From Carcharhinus amblyrhynchos (taxonomy: Eukaryota): a stretch of DNA of 64,000 nt. Below, piece after piece: positions 37,443 to 50,229 of this stretch; position 1 is the stretch's first letter, and every line of letters begins with the position of its first letter. The notes under the pieces were generated by a model, which made no database searches, was not told the origin of the DNA, and saw only the letters and a program-made list of their open reading frames with translations. The DNA lies in the NCBI GenBank assembly GCA_965287045.1, contig OZ336877.1, positions 8,122,001 through 8,186,000 of the forward strand, read 5' to 3'. A program made the translations under genes and the position numbers.

Positions 37443-39299
37443 CTTAAAAAATAAAATAGCATGCATGAATTATGAGACAAAACTGGTAACTGCTATAGAC
37501 CTTCATTCTTTGTATGCAATACTCCCTCTATACAATGGAGGGATGAAACCTGGTGGATTGACTTTGGGCTACTGCAGAATTTCATGAGTGAGCAATTATG
37601 GCTTTGCAAACATGCTTCAACTCTAGCTTCATATAAAGCCCACAGGACCAGTATAATTTAATCTGAAAGAAAATTGTAACAGTCTTGCTGTTATACTTTA
37701 GCACTGCACTTAAAGTATTGTTAATCATGAAGGCTCAGTGTTATGCGAATAAAGTCAAACTTATAAGATTGATAATAGAGATTTCTTCATCAACCATCTC
37801 CACACACCATAAGATTATAACAAATATAAATAGAAGGAAGAGTTCTGCAATAGAAGTATAATGCAAAGTGGTTCAGCAGACTGCCAGTGACGTTAACTAT
37901 GCCCTTGTCAATAAGTAGAAAGGTGGCTTCATCTGGTGGCTCTGCAAATTTTTTCAGTCAGAATATGACTGACAAACTTTTAGGATGCAACTGTGCCACT
38001 CGTGGGATAATCTTTAATCTGCTCCAGGCCTTTTCCCTGTAAGTAGCGGAACAAACTACCTTTAGTTATCCACTGCCTGTCACTAGCTTGATGTGGACTT
38101 TGCAACATGCTAAACAATGGAACCGCTGAGATGAAATAATTTATCTTGTAGTCTTCAAAATAGTTAAGTTAAAATGGAAGTAGTCACTTGTTCCCAAAAA
38201 TCAACACAGAAGATACTTCACTGATGACAGAGCAGGAACTTTTGTGACAGCTCATTTTAAGGAGTGTGCATGGCATTCCTGCAGGGTGATGTAAAAGTTG
38301 GTGACTTACAGATGCTAGCCAGACCCCTGGCATATCCTTGATCACTTTGAACCTATGCTATTGAAGAACATTTTTAAAACACTTAGGTCTATTACTAGAA
38401 TGACCCCTATCTTGTTGAAGAGTATTAAATAACTGCAATAGAACTGGACTTGGAGTGAAGTGTCTAAATTATTTCACTGTGATCTAGTCTTTCAAATTTC
38501 ACCTCGAGTGTATTTTTGCCACCTAGTGCTGCCATTAAGGCCTGTGCACTCTAAAAATGGGCCAAAAGCACATCAGTACATCATCAGCATTGGAGAAAAG
38601 GCAAAAGGCCAGATCAGCATTGTTCAGTACCAAATGTTACACAAACTGAACAAATGTAACTTTGCCCCGAGGTGGAAACATTTGACTGAGTACATTGCCA
38701 TTCACATTGGTCTGACAAACTCTCTGCTGAGAAGCCATCTTCCTGTACTATTTTCTGATTTTTGTCCTCAACCATGAATGGTCTACTGCATTTTGGACAG
38801 CATACAGAAAGACTTTAGCAGCAGCTGACACTGACAAATGGCTACCAACACTCTTAGTACATTTTGAGATAGACAGCAAGGTTTCCTCCAAGCTGTGCAT
38901 TAAGCAGTTTTAAATTAGTGCACCTGCCTGGCTCTGCCAGATAATTTAAAGGGGTTGTACACTTCAACAAATCACGTGTACAATCTCGGGAATAATTGGT
39001 AGACAGTTCTATGGATCAGCATTGATGAATGACCATAACCTTGCTGGAGAGTGCAACATTCAACTTTTGTACCTCAGCCCATATATTTATGTATTTTGTG
39101 GTTCTCTTGGAAATGGATGTCCAAACATTGGTCGACTTTCTTTCCACACCTCCTGCCTTGTTTAATTGTGCTCATGTCCCAATTAGAACTGCACCTCCTT
39201 ACATACTGTTTCTTCTCCAGCTTTGCTGGTCAGTGCCAACCATCCTGATAATCAGATTCACTGAAAGGAAAAATAATTAAATACAAAGTGCCTGAAATT

Positions 39300-40890
39300 C
39301 CTTCTTCTTCAGCAGTCCCTTAGAGTTGAGGATGATTTTTTCCACACTAAAACTGAGTTTTTAGGTGACTGAGGAATCCAGTGTGCGATATACTGTCCCT
39401 GGTGGGGCAGATAGTGGGTGGAGGAGCAGGGGGTTGGGGTGCCTGGGTAGCCACATGTTCCTTTCACTGTTGTTTCAGCTTTCTCTTGACGATTAAACTT
39501 GGGGTGTTCAACTCCCTCCCGGAAGCTTTTCTTTCACTTTGGGAAGTCTTGAACCCTGGATTCCCAAGTGACGGTGAGGATGTTGCACTTTTCAAGGAGA
39601 CTTTGAGGGTGCATTTCAAGCATTTCCTCTTCATCCTGAGGGTTTCTCATCACATCGAAGCACCAGGTAGAGCACTTGTTTTGTTCTCCGCCAGGTATGC
39701 AGATGATGTGACTTGTCTCGCAGAGCTGATGGGGTATGGTCAATGCTTTGATGCTAGGGATGTTGGCCTGAACAACAACACTGATATTGGCATGCTTATC
39801 CCGCTAATGGATTTGCAGGATCATGTGGCGGCAGATATGCTGGTACAACTCCAGGGTTTTGAGGTGCCTGCTGTACATTCTCCATGTCTCTGAGTCATAG
39901 ACAAGAGAATCACTAGTGCGCTGTTGACCATGAGCTTGGTGCAGGGTCTGATGTACTGGTCTTCAAACATTTCCTCAGGTGACCGAAAGCCATGCTGGCA
40001 CACCGAAGACGGTGTTAAATCTCATTGTTGATCTTCTCCCTTGTTGACAGTACGCTACCAGGTATGGACAGCAGTCCATGTTGTCACGTATTTTTGTAAT
40101 CAGGGAGCAGTGCTGTGGTGGTGGTGGCTGGTTGGTAGAGAACCTTTGTCTTACAGATGTTTATTAAGGCCCCATTGAAGGTGCTGACGATGGCTTGGAG
40201 TTAAAATCCCTGCGTGTACGCAGATACAAGCACTTTCTGCATACTACAGTTCAATGGCAGAGGATGGGGTGCCCTTGGATCTGGCTTTTAGGCAGCAGAA
40301 GTTGAACAGATGCTTGTTTCTTCAGAAGTTTAGTTCTACTGCTGAGGGTGAGATGGAGCATTGTAGCAAGGAAGATTGAGAAGAACTTTGGTGCAATGAC
40401 ATAGCCTTGCTTGACCCCAGTCCAAATGTGATTTCAGTCTGTGGTGGATTTGTTGGTCAAGATCACCGCTTGCATATTATCATGAAGCTGGTGGAGGAGG
40501 ATGCTGACACACAGCCAAGATGAAATAGGATGCGCCATAATCCCTTGTGGTTGACAACGTTGAGGTCAAAGACCATGTACAAATGTTCCCTGAATTTCTC
40601 TAGTAGTTGCTGTGCAGTGAACATCAGGTCCATTGTGCCCCTAAGTGGTTGAAATCAGCATTGCAGCTCTGGGAGGTGCTCTTCAAACACCGGGACAAGG
40701 TGATTAAGAAGGATTCTTGCAACGACCTTCCATGGTGACATCAGGGAAACTCCTCTGTAGTTACAGTATTCATACTTGTCAGCTGGCTTGAAGATGGTCA
40801 CAATTATGGCATTGCTATCTCCTGACATGTTGTCCTTCTTCCAGGAAAGGGAAATGAGGTCATGTATTTGTTCCAACGTATGCATCCGAA
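39300..40890 (-). mobile_element. RTE-clade LINE, 5'-truncated, decayed, with (GAA)n tail
   Basis: ORF 40655..40885 (NAIIVTIFK...NYRGVSLMS...KVVARILLNHL...LPELQC, continuing xFQ) is an RTE-type RT N-terminus; cttcttcttc at ~39301 is the tail. Confidence 0.8.
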
Positions 40891-41439
40891 ATATAATAGA
40901 GTAAGGACTTCCTTGTTTACCGCAATGCTGTGGCTAAGATGAAAACTCAAAATTCTAACAATACCTGTAACTCAAGGAAAGAAATAAAGATCTAGCACTG
41001 TTCCACAACCTTATATAACAAGAACTACTTTTTGAAATAGTGTAGTTTATGTGGGCAAGGCTCACTAGTAGCAAGTGGTTGAACAACAAAACAATTCCTT
41101 TTCTTTTTAAAACACAGCACTGATAAGCAGAAGAGCAATCTTTTCATGATGGGGAAAGAAATTAACTGCACAACGTTGCAGGCGTTGGTGTGACTTGTAA
41201 CCTATGGTACGTGGCTGCTCCAGAACCAACAAAGTTGAGAGTTTCCTCCTTAATGCATGTGATGAATAATTAGAGGAATAATGCTCACAGAAATCATTTT
41301 CATATTGCTGCAGAATAAAATATTTTACAAATTTGTCTTCTAACTTCTGTGTGAAATCCTCAATATTGGGTTATTGAGTAACTGAAAGCAGGGGAGCGCT
41401 GATCTGGTTGTCTGTCATAGGATCTGTTGTTTCCTATGA

Positions 41440-41622
41440 AGTAAGAAGTCTCACAACACCAGGTTGGAGTCACAACACCAGGAATCTTCCACACACCTGA
41501 CGAAGGAACAGCATTTCCGAAAGCTTGTGGGTTTACTATCAAATAAACTGGTTGGACTTTAACCTGGTGTTGTGAGACTTCTTACTGTATTTACCCCAGT
41601 CCAACGCTGGCATCTCCACATC
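41440..41622 (+). repeat. PLE-derived short element (24282 family) with short left arm and full right arm plus tail
   Basis: gtaagaagtctcacaacaccaggtt...aaataaactggttggactttaacctggtgttgtgagacttcttactgtatttaccccagtccaacgctggcatctccacatc. Confidence 0.82.
41494..41529 (+). ncRNA. Putative minimal type I hammerhead ribozyme (PLE-type)
   Basis: CAC-CTGACGA-A-GGAA(CAGCAT)TTCC-GAAA-GC-TT-GTG: catalytic boxes, 4-bp stem II, palindromic AAGCTT stem III, CAC/GTG stem I. Confidence 0.55.
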
Positions 41623-41879
41623 GTTTTCCATGGAGACAGGATCAGAATTGAGTGTTGAATCTGTGCCTTTCAGCTCATTACCTATGCATGGTTGTAAAAG
41701 GTGGCAAATTTTGGAGACGGACAGGAAGTTGATGCTGCTCCCAATACCTCAAGGGTTCACACATCTGGGTGCCATATTTAAAGGGAATCCGGACAGTTAC
41801 TAATTGTCTGACCCCAGAATGGCCTCCTATTGCCATGCACCACCTTTGAGGTTGACAACCCCATCCCTGCAGTGGACAG

Positions 41880-42100
41880 ATGTCTGAAACCAGAAATCGT
41901 GTGGCCTCATGTTTCAGTGACCCCTTGTTGCAGGTTGGCCTCCAGGCTGTCCAGGAAAGAGGGATGTTCTCTTTTCCCAGGGATGGTAACAACAGGCTAT
42001 CCCATCTTCCCAAGGCAGCCTGGCTGGGGACAGAAATACAAGTCAGTGGCCATGGGACCTACAGGAGAACCTGGCTCCAGTGCCACAGAGGATGAGTGAT
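41880..42100 (+). mobile_element. Decayed Myb/SANT-like DNA-binding ORF of a PIF/Harbinger transposon; the element may span ~41690-43566
   Basis: ORF 41880..42095 (RVASCFSDPLLQVGLQAVQER..FPRDG...KAAWLGT...VS...RRTWLQC) fits the Myb_DNA-bind_5-like pattern; TIR-like end ggccagaaaactccaccc at ~43549-43566. Confidence 0.6.
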
Positions 42101-44094
42101 GTGCTGCATGCTGCGAGGGTGGGTGCCACCATCTACTCAATGCACAGTCACATTTATGGGGGCATGAAGCATTATATGTTTGCAGTTGTGGAAGGTTGAC
42201 ACAAGGGACGTTTCAAGCATCTCCATTAGATGCATCATGTGGGCTGAGTGTGGAAGTTGATTAATGCTTTGAATGTTCCATAACATTGTCAGTGGGTCTC
42301 AAGCCTGTGCAGAGGTTCAAAATAAAAACAGAAAATGCTGGAAAAAGCTCAATAGGTTAGTCACTTATCTCTGCGTAGAAAGTCAATGGTTCTGGTCTGT
42401 GTTTCAGAAGTGGGAATATTTAACATATAATAGGTTTTGGGCAAATGGCAGATGGGGCAAGGACAAAAGTATAAAAAAGGCTAACTTTTGAACAGGGCAG
42501 AGAAATCTCAAGTACAGAGGAGCAAATGTGTGCCATTTTTGTGAGTAACGTAACTCTTTGCCGAGACAAAACAGCACGCATTCAACAGCTATCACTGTTC
42601 AATTTCCCATATCAGATTCTTCTCACTAATAAGGCAAGCACTGAGAAGAACACCTGACTTTTTAAAAACATTCGTTCAGGGGATATGGGTAGCGCCAACT
42701 AAGCCAGCATTTTTTGCCCATCCCATTATCTGAGCCACCTGTTCTGTCCATTTCTGTGACCTATCCCAGGCGACCAACCACTACCCATACATTACCCGAG
42801 ATCTGCCACCTTACCTCAGGCCATCACACTTGCTCACTGTTGTTAATGTTTTTGTCTGCTGCCCAATACCCACATTTCAACCTCACTGTTGACACCATCA
42901 ACCCTGCCTTTTAGGGCTTTCTTTTTTCCACCATCCCTGCCCTGAAGTCCAGCCCCATCCAAAAACAAGACCCTTCTCACATCCCTACACCCTTGCATTC
43001 TCTCCTTCCCACCCTCCCCACTGACCCTCATACCTGCACCTGGGCCAAAGTCCCTCCTCCTCCACTGACGCTACCTCCCTTGTCCAACTTCTGTGATTCT
43101 GCCAGTAGACTCCATACATCCTCCCTTAGTCACCCCTTACATACTTTGGAGAACCGATGCCTGAGCTTAATCATAGCCTCCTACAGAAAGATACTCTTAA
43201 CAGAGAACAAGGTAGTGGCTGCTCACTCCAAAGTGGAGGAAGAAGTCTATCACTCCTCATACATTCCTCTTACACATGGTCAAGTTTCTGAAGGCATGTT
43301 TTTCTCACTCATTACTAACAAGATTATGACTGTAAATGTAACAACAGGAGACTGGGGTTTTAATGAGTTTGCATGCTATTCCAATGAATGCAAAAGGGCA
43401 TCCCGATCATCAGATAGATACGTCAACTGCTTGAAAAAAAAAATTTGTCTATATTAATGACAAAAATTTAACCCACTGTCAGTACTCTGAATTCTGGCCT
43501 CCCACACAATTAAGTTCTTGCTCTGGCTTTTCTCCACACTCAAGGTGGGGCCAGAAAACTCCACCCATTGTTTCACTACAACTACAACATAGAAAATGGA
43601 CAAGAACATGTATTTAATGCAAAAATCTCCATTCAATAAATTTTATTGAATTACACAGCTGCTATACTGTGAATTTATTTGATCACTTTTAGTAGAAATT
43701 CTAATTTTAGTAATCAACTGGAGACAGAGAGAATATTTTTTGCAATTTAGACTTATTTCTGCTTAGAATAGAATTGCTGGTGCATCTGTTTTGATCCAAA
43801 CAATAGTGTAAAGTATCATTTTAAGTTTATGCTTTCTTATGTGCCAGCACACTGCAGCTAGATCAATTAGCTAGAAAACCACAGTCATTTTGAAATGATC
43901 CATCTGTTACAGATCACAAGCATTACATGTACACTAAATGGGAACAGTGCCTTTTAATCCAGTGAGGCATTCTTCTAAATGCGTGAGATGAAGGCATTTA
44001 GACCACTTTTATCGTGGAAACAAAACACCTTTAGTAATTTTTAAAGGAATTGATTAGCCCAATATCTCCGAGTGCACTGGTAAAATGACTGATG

Positions 44095-44460
44095 TGACTC
44101 ATAGCTCAGTCGTAACATTCTAAGCAAAGACAAAATGATTCCAATCCAAATTTCAACAATGTGGGCACATAATCTAGGTTTGCAGATTTACTAAGGGAGT
44201 ACTACACAGTTATAGTTGCCATAGTTTCATTTTGAATTTGAACAAAGATGCTTGCCCTCCCATTCAGATTTAAAATTCCACAGTACTATCTGAAGAGTAT
44301 CCTGGCAAATACGTATCCCACATCAATTAATCACCACACCAGATTATCTGGTTATTTACTCTATTGATTTTTGGGGAACCCTGCTAAGTTTCCTATGCTA
44401 CAGCAGCAACTACACTTCAAAAGTATTTTATTAGTCGCAAAGCTTCGGGACATGTTAAAA
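44095..44460 (+). mobile_element. SacSINE1/DeuSINE-like ancient SINE, decayed
   Basis: tRNA-like head catagctcagt, then gcacataatctagg, tcctggcaaatacgtatccc, cagattatctggtt and actacacttcaaaagta. Confidence 0.55.
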
Positions 44461-44849
44461 TATTATTTTGTTCTTAATAGTGTTAGGAATAATTGACTTC
44501 CGTGTTAATGCAATCCCACCTGTTAACCATCATTTCCACCATATTTGAGTTTTATGTGGATGTTTCATGTTAATTTTACACACACCAAATCTTTCATAAT
44601 GAACAGATAAACATCCAGATGTTAAGTCAGTATTTCCCTATACAACTTTTCATTTTGCATAAGTAGTTGTCAGCCATGCAGCAATTTTAAATGAATCACA
44701 ATTGAGAAAATAGTTAAGTGAACACGCTTTCAGTGCTTTAAAAATATCAAAGAGCAGTAGTTTTACTACATGCCCACTTCCAAGTTATTCACCTTCATGT
44801 CTTATGTCCAAGAGTTTCAATCAATAGCATGTAAGCAATTTTAGCTGGT

Positions 44850-45840
44850 CACTCAAAATACACATTCTAATGGTTTCTGATCCTGTCACCATAGCAACAC
44901 CTTTGGAATTCCCCAAAGATATATCCTTGGTCCCTTCCTCATCTCAATATTTTCCTTGAATAACATTGACCAAAAATACACAGGGAAATTCCAAATGAAT
45001 GCTGCTGATACCCAATTTTAACTCCCCAAAACCTCTCAACTGCTTCATTATCTCTATGTTGTCAGACTTTATGTCTGATATCCATTTTTGCACGAGCTTC
45101 AATTTTGTTGCTACACATAGGAAGAGTGAAGCCATCTTCAATTCCCAACAAAAACCCTATATCCTTGTCACATATCCCATTCCCCTCCTTAGTCACTGTT
45201 TCTGGCCCAGCATTGAGCTTCTGACCCAATATCCTCTTCATCACCAATGCTGTCTACTTCCACCTTCATAGTTTCAGAGGTATACACCTGTGCCTTAGCA
45301 TGCTGATTACTGATGTCTTTATCATCTTCAGATTCAAATATTCCAATGATTACTTGAATAATTTCTCTCCCTCCACATACTATAATTTCGGCTCATCAAA
45401 ATCGCTGCTTCCCAGTTCCTATCCCACACTAGATCTTCTCAACCATCACCTTAGCCTTTTCTGACAAAAAAATTATTCCAACACTTACAATTTTAAAATT
45501 CTTATCCTTGTGTTTAAACGGCCTTGTGCCATTCTATTTCTGTGTGTTCTTCCAGCCTCACAGTGCTCCAAACACATTCCATTCCTCTAAGACTAGCCTT
45601 TCACAGATATCCTTTTTTTTAAACTCTGTCCCACCGCCTGTGCCCCAAGATCTGCAATTCTCCCTCTTAAACACTCCACTTCCTCAACATGCACCTCTCT
45701 GAAAAAGTTTTAGTCACCATTGCTGACATTGCCTTCTTTCACTTAACCTCCCGATTTTTTTCTGATTCTGCTTTCATGAAACACCATGGGATTTTTTTTC
45801 CTACGTTATTGGCACTACAGACATTCAGGTTCTTATGACA
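44850..45840 (+). mobile_element. L2-clade LINE fragment, highly decayed
   Basis: ggaattccccaaagatatatccttggtccc (GIPQxxILGP); 3' end similar to the other L2 copies. Confidence 0.55.
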
Positions 45841-46211
45841 ATACCTTGCTCAATCTTCCTTGTCGCGTATACCACAAATATAGTCCCTATTGCCCCTCCA
45901 GAGTCACATATAACACATATATGGCTCAAAACAGCCCTCATTACTTTTTGTCATAGATAATCATATTTCCCCAGATATTATTTCGTAAAATGATACATGA
46001 TTGTACCTTCTATAGAGTGCTGTAATAAGCTGCTTTGTGGAAAGTCATATTTCGAACTGCTGAGCACCTACAGTCTGAGAAAATGGATCCAACTCAGTTG
46101 AGAGCGAGTTGACTTGATGACTGAAAATAACCCTTCAGGGATTGGCAATTAAATGCCCAAATACTTCAGCTACTGAACCAGCACGCTTATAGGAATCAAA
46201 AATCAACGTAC

Positions 46212-46304
46212 CTCATAATCACTCTCCAGGAATTCATACAAGATCATTTCATATATTGCAGGCCTCAGGCGTAGGTCACCTCTTGGTAAGTACTGACTAA
46301 TTGC
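46212..46304 (-). CDS. VPS41: VPS41 exon (~17), 93 bp: AISQYLPRGDLRLRPAIYEMILYEFLESDYE
   Basis: tag|GCA...GAG|gtacgt; phase 0 to 0. Confidence 0.96.
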
Positions 46305-48310
46305 CTAAAAGGAACAAATTAACTTGGTATAAGTACAGAGATCAACGTGTAAGAATTTTGACAATAGCCGACAAAAAGGTCAACTAGTTCATTCCTTTCT
46401 TTTATAACAAATTCGTTTAAATCTGTGACACTGAAATGTATCTAACTATGTGCACAGAGTTTTACACCATACATAGGAGAAATTGCTGCACCAGTATTTC
46501 CAAAAAAGGAGGTTGCTGTGGTTGAATATTATAAGAAATGAAGCCCATTCAGAGCAAGGCACATTCCTTTGGGAAATTGATTTGGGATGAGTACTCACTC
46601 TATCCAAGGAAATCAAACTCCCTTGTCTCCCACTAGATGCGACTGCACCAGAGCTTCAAGGCCAAAAATCTTTTGTTTTTTGCATCCAGTCATATATGAC
46701 AGACCTAGTGTATGGTGCCTGTAAATCTTATAACTTCTGTCTTAAGGTCTAGAATAAAGGGCAGCTTTTGCTTCTGACTCCATTTTAGGAGCACAGGGTA
46801 CATCACCATCTCATTAAAGTTCTTTCCAAAGAATAGAAATGTTTCTTCTTTCTGGTCACATCCGTACTGCTTTGGTTTGTAGTGCCGTTCATCGTCAAAA
46901 AAGTTACTTCTAATAAAAAAGTTATCTGAAATCACAAAATGCTTTTGTTACAGATGCCCCATTAAGTTGCCTCTGTTTCATGGATATAAACCCTCAAATT
47001 ATTCAAGGGGCATTGGTTAATTGCCACGCCACTAATTTTCAACTTGTTTTATTGGAAGAATTTTCACAAGCATTACATTAGCAGATTTAACAATTATTAA
47101 CATTATTTCCTCATGTGTTTTGGATTCAGTGATGGCAAGATAAGACTTTCAAAGACCACTTCTCGAATCTGTGCACAGCATGACATACGATGATGATTAC
47201 TGTTAAGGGAACTGAGAAAACTGAGGTGCCTGCCAATAAATGGCCATTTTACTGTAGCACATTTCTAATTTAACCTTAGTTTTCAGCATCATGTTTTAGA
47301 TCATCAGACTGACACGTTTTTCCTTAATGTATCAATGCAAAATTGAATGAATTCTTACTGTCCATCTTCGTCAACGTTACGCATGTAGAGATGGTCACCA
47401 TTTGAACAGAGGAGCTGCTTTGCTTGTTTTATCCCATTACTTCTACATATTAGAACTGCATGAATTTTTTTCTTCTCTCTATCTTTCTTTCACTCTCTTT
47501 GTGCATTTTTTCTGGGAGTTGTATACACTTTGGAAATTGTGCAAATGCCCCCTCTTCAGTGGGTCCGATTAGACAGCTGCATTTTCACTTGGTGATTCAC
47601 ACCTCTCAAGCGAGCCTGGGCAGTCACTGGCAGCAGGGACAGAATTTTTCTTGAATCCTTTCACGGGATATGCGCATTCCTGGCAAAGCAACAGTGATTG
47701 CTCATCCCTTATTGCCTTTGAAAAGATGGTGGTAAGCTGCCTCTTGATCTACTGCAGTCTGTCAGGAGTAGGTGTGAAGAGAGTGCCAGGATTTTCCCCA
47801 AGAACGATGAAGGGATAGTAACACCGTTATAAGTCAGAAGGACGGTCAGTCCTGGTAAATAGAAATTTTCTCCAAGCAAACATTGGGAAGGCAGACTTAT
47901 GGTTTTCAATCCCACTGTCTAACTTTGTTCCCTCTCCAGTGACTCATCCCTCTGACTAGCAACTGTCTGAACATTGAACCAGACTGTTTCCAAGCTTCAA
48001 ATGTCAGACTAGAGATGAGCTTCCAACCATGTATCTGCACTCTGCCTTATTGCGACCCCTCTTAATTATATTAAGCTCCTTAAAAAGCACCCATTTATCT
48101 CCAAGCTTTAGATCTGCAGAAGCATCTTCAAGCATTGATGTAGTTTTATTTTTTTTGCAGATATTAATAGATACTTTATACATTGCCAGCATTTAACATC
48201 TTTTAGCGCAGCAACACACACTGAACATGACCTTTCCTGGGCATCCGAAGGGATTTTTGGAAACTCCTTAGTTGGAAAATATATCAGAACATCATGAATG
48301 AGAAATAACA

Positions 48311-48654
48311 AGGTAGCACAGAGGTTAGCACTGCTACATCAACACCAGGGACTTGGGTTCAATTCCAGCTTTGGGTCATTGTGTGGAGATTGCACATTCT
48401 CCCTGTGTCTGTGTGAATTTCCTTCAAGTGCTCCAGTTTCCTTCTACAGTCCACAGATGCACAAGTTAGGTGGATTGGCCATGGTAAATTGTCCCTTGTT
48501 GTCCAAATATGTGTAGGTTAGGGGATTTAGTGAGATAAATATGTGGGGTTATGGGGATAGGGCAGGGAACAGGCCTGGTTAAGATGTTCTTTCGAAGAGT
48601 TGGAACAGGCTTAACGGGCTGAATGGCCTCCTTCTGCACTGTAGGGATTCTACG
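48311..48654 (+). mobile_element. HE1-like V-SINE, tail type A (older)
   Basis: tRNA head, V core, tail gaatggcctccttctgcactgtagggattc. Confidence 0.85.
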
Positions 48655-49447
48655 TAATTGAATATTCAATATTTGCACATGCTTATTTGCTGCTGGAATT
48701 TTTGGTCGCATGTCAGAGAGTGAGGCAATGCCTTACTACCATTCTATTGATAATGTTGCTTTTAATAGGCTCCAAATAAATGTATTTCCATACGATTCTT
48801 CATCCAATTATTTTTTTCCTCTCCCCGCATCCCACGTGCCCAGGAATTATTACAACGTAAGCTGCTTTTTTATCAGAGTCAGGCATCGGGAGAGTAAGCT
48901 GCACATAATGTGTGCAAGTGCACAATAGTGATTTCATGTCCACAATTAGCAACATGAACGTGTATGATGATATTATAAGCCTATTATCACCAACTTGTGC
49001 TGTAGCAGCCAGGGCACTGTGACGATCCTGTGAATAGCCTCGACATTGAGGAAACAGTTTGCAAAGGGGGATCTTATTAGCAAATAGCCTAAAGAAATGC
49101 AGGATTTTATATCCATCTGCTGTCAACTGCTGAAGACCCAAACTACAGGAACCAACTAGAGAACATCAATATAAAAGCAGCTTAAAGTTCAATACACAGC
49201 AGCTCAGTGGATTAAACCTGCATCCTACTGCTTGGTTCCATTTCACTTCACTGCACCACTAAGCTGCAACGTTTACATTTGGTTTTATGTCGACACAAAA
49301 AAGAAACCTAAAAAGACAAATTAAATGAAACGAAATTTTCAAAGGAAATATATTTGACAGAGGTTTCTTATTCATTTCCAGAGGTTTCTTACCAGGAGCC
49401 ATTGCCACCCTAACATAAATCACAGCCTCAGCATACGCTTTACTTAC

Positions 49448-49529
49448 TTTAAGTTGCCCTATCTTTTTAAATCGGTAGACTTCATTTTCCCAGAGATCCA
49501 TGTTTTTGCCAAGAATCTTCTGACATTTT
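49448..49529 (-). CDS. VPS41: VPS41 exon (~16), 82 bp: (R)KCQKILGKNMDLWENEVYRFKKIGQLK
   Basis: tag|A AAA TGT...AAA|gtaagt; phase 2 to 0; visible in ORF 49259..49552. Confidence 0.96.
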
Positions 49530-49613
49530 CTAGAAGACAGCAATGCAGACATTTAAAAAAGTGTATGAAATTCTCTTTATGGTAACCTTTAAAAACAAGT
49601 TAATGCGTATTAC

Positions 49614-49675
49614 CTTGCAGCTCCATGATAGTCTCCTTTGTCCACCAGGTAGTTTACATAGGCTCTGCCAATATC
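49614..49675 (-). CDS. VPS41: VPS41 exon (~15), 62 bp: DIGRAYVNYLVDKGDYHGAA(R)
   Basis: tag|GAT...GCAAG|gtaata; phase 0 to 2. Confidence 0.94.
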
Positions 49676-50229
49676 CTACAAGATGAAAAGCGGTCAAAAC
49701 AGACATTGAATTCTGACATATTTCCAAGCAACACATTTGTTATTACCTATTGTTGCGGTGATATTTGAATATCTTTGCCATTTAGAATGCATGAGCTGCT
49801 TGCTCATAATTCTCATTGTGTTTCCATCTTCTGGCACTCATTAACTGTAGCCTATCGAGTGACAGTTGTCACAACAGGTTGAGGGAGGGATTCAGATCAC
49901 CTGTGTTCTCCACTATTCTCCTATTTGCATTTGAAAAACAGTAGGGTTTAGTGCTCTGTTCCTCAGAACTATATTCCAGCCTTTGATCCATATCTTTTGC
50001 TCAAACATCTGTCAAACTCTGCTTTGAAAATTTCAATAGACCTGGCTTCTACGGTGTTCTTGGGGAGAGAATTCCAAGTTTTCACAATGCTTTGTGTGGG
50101 AAAATGCTTCCCATGTTTAGCCCCAAACAGCTCTTTCTTTATACTGTGAAATTCTAATAAATGACAAAGCTCAACTTTATGCCAAATACCACAAATACTG
50201 TGACAACTTACAGTTGCAACCCACAGTGG

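Noticed and set aside
39381-39893. 170-aa ORF
   Set aside because: It is an antisense reading of the RTE LINE remnant.
42993-43457. 154-aa Pro/Ser-rich ORF
   Set aside because: It arises from C-rich low-complexity sequence in the putative Harbinger remnant and has no domain.
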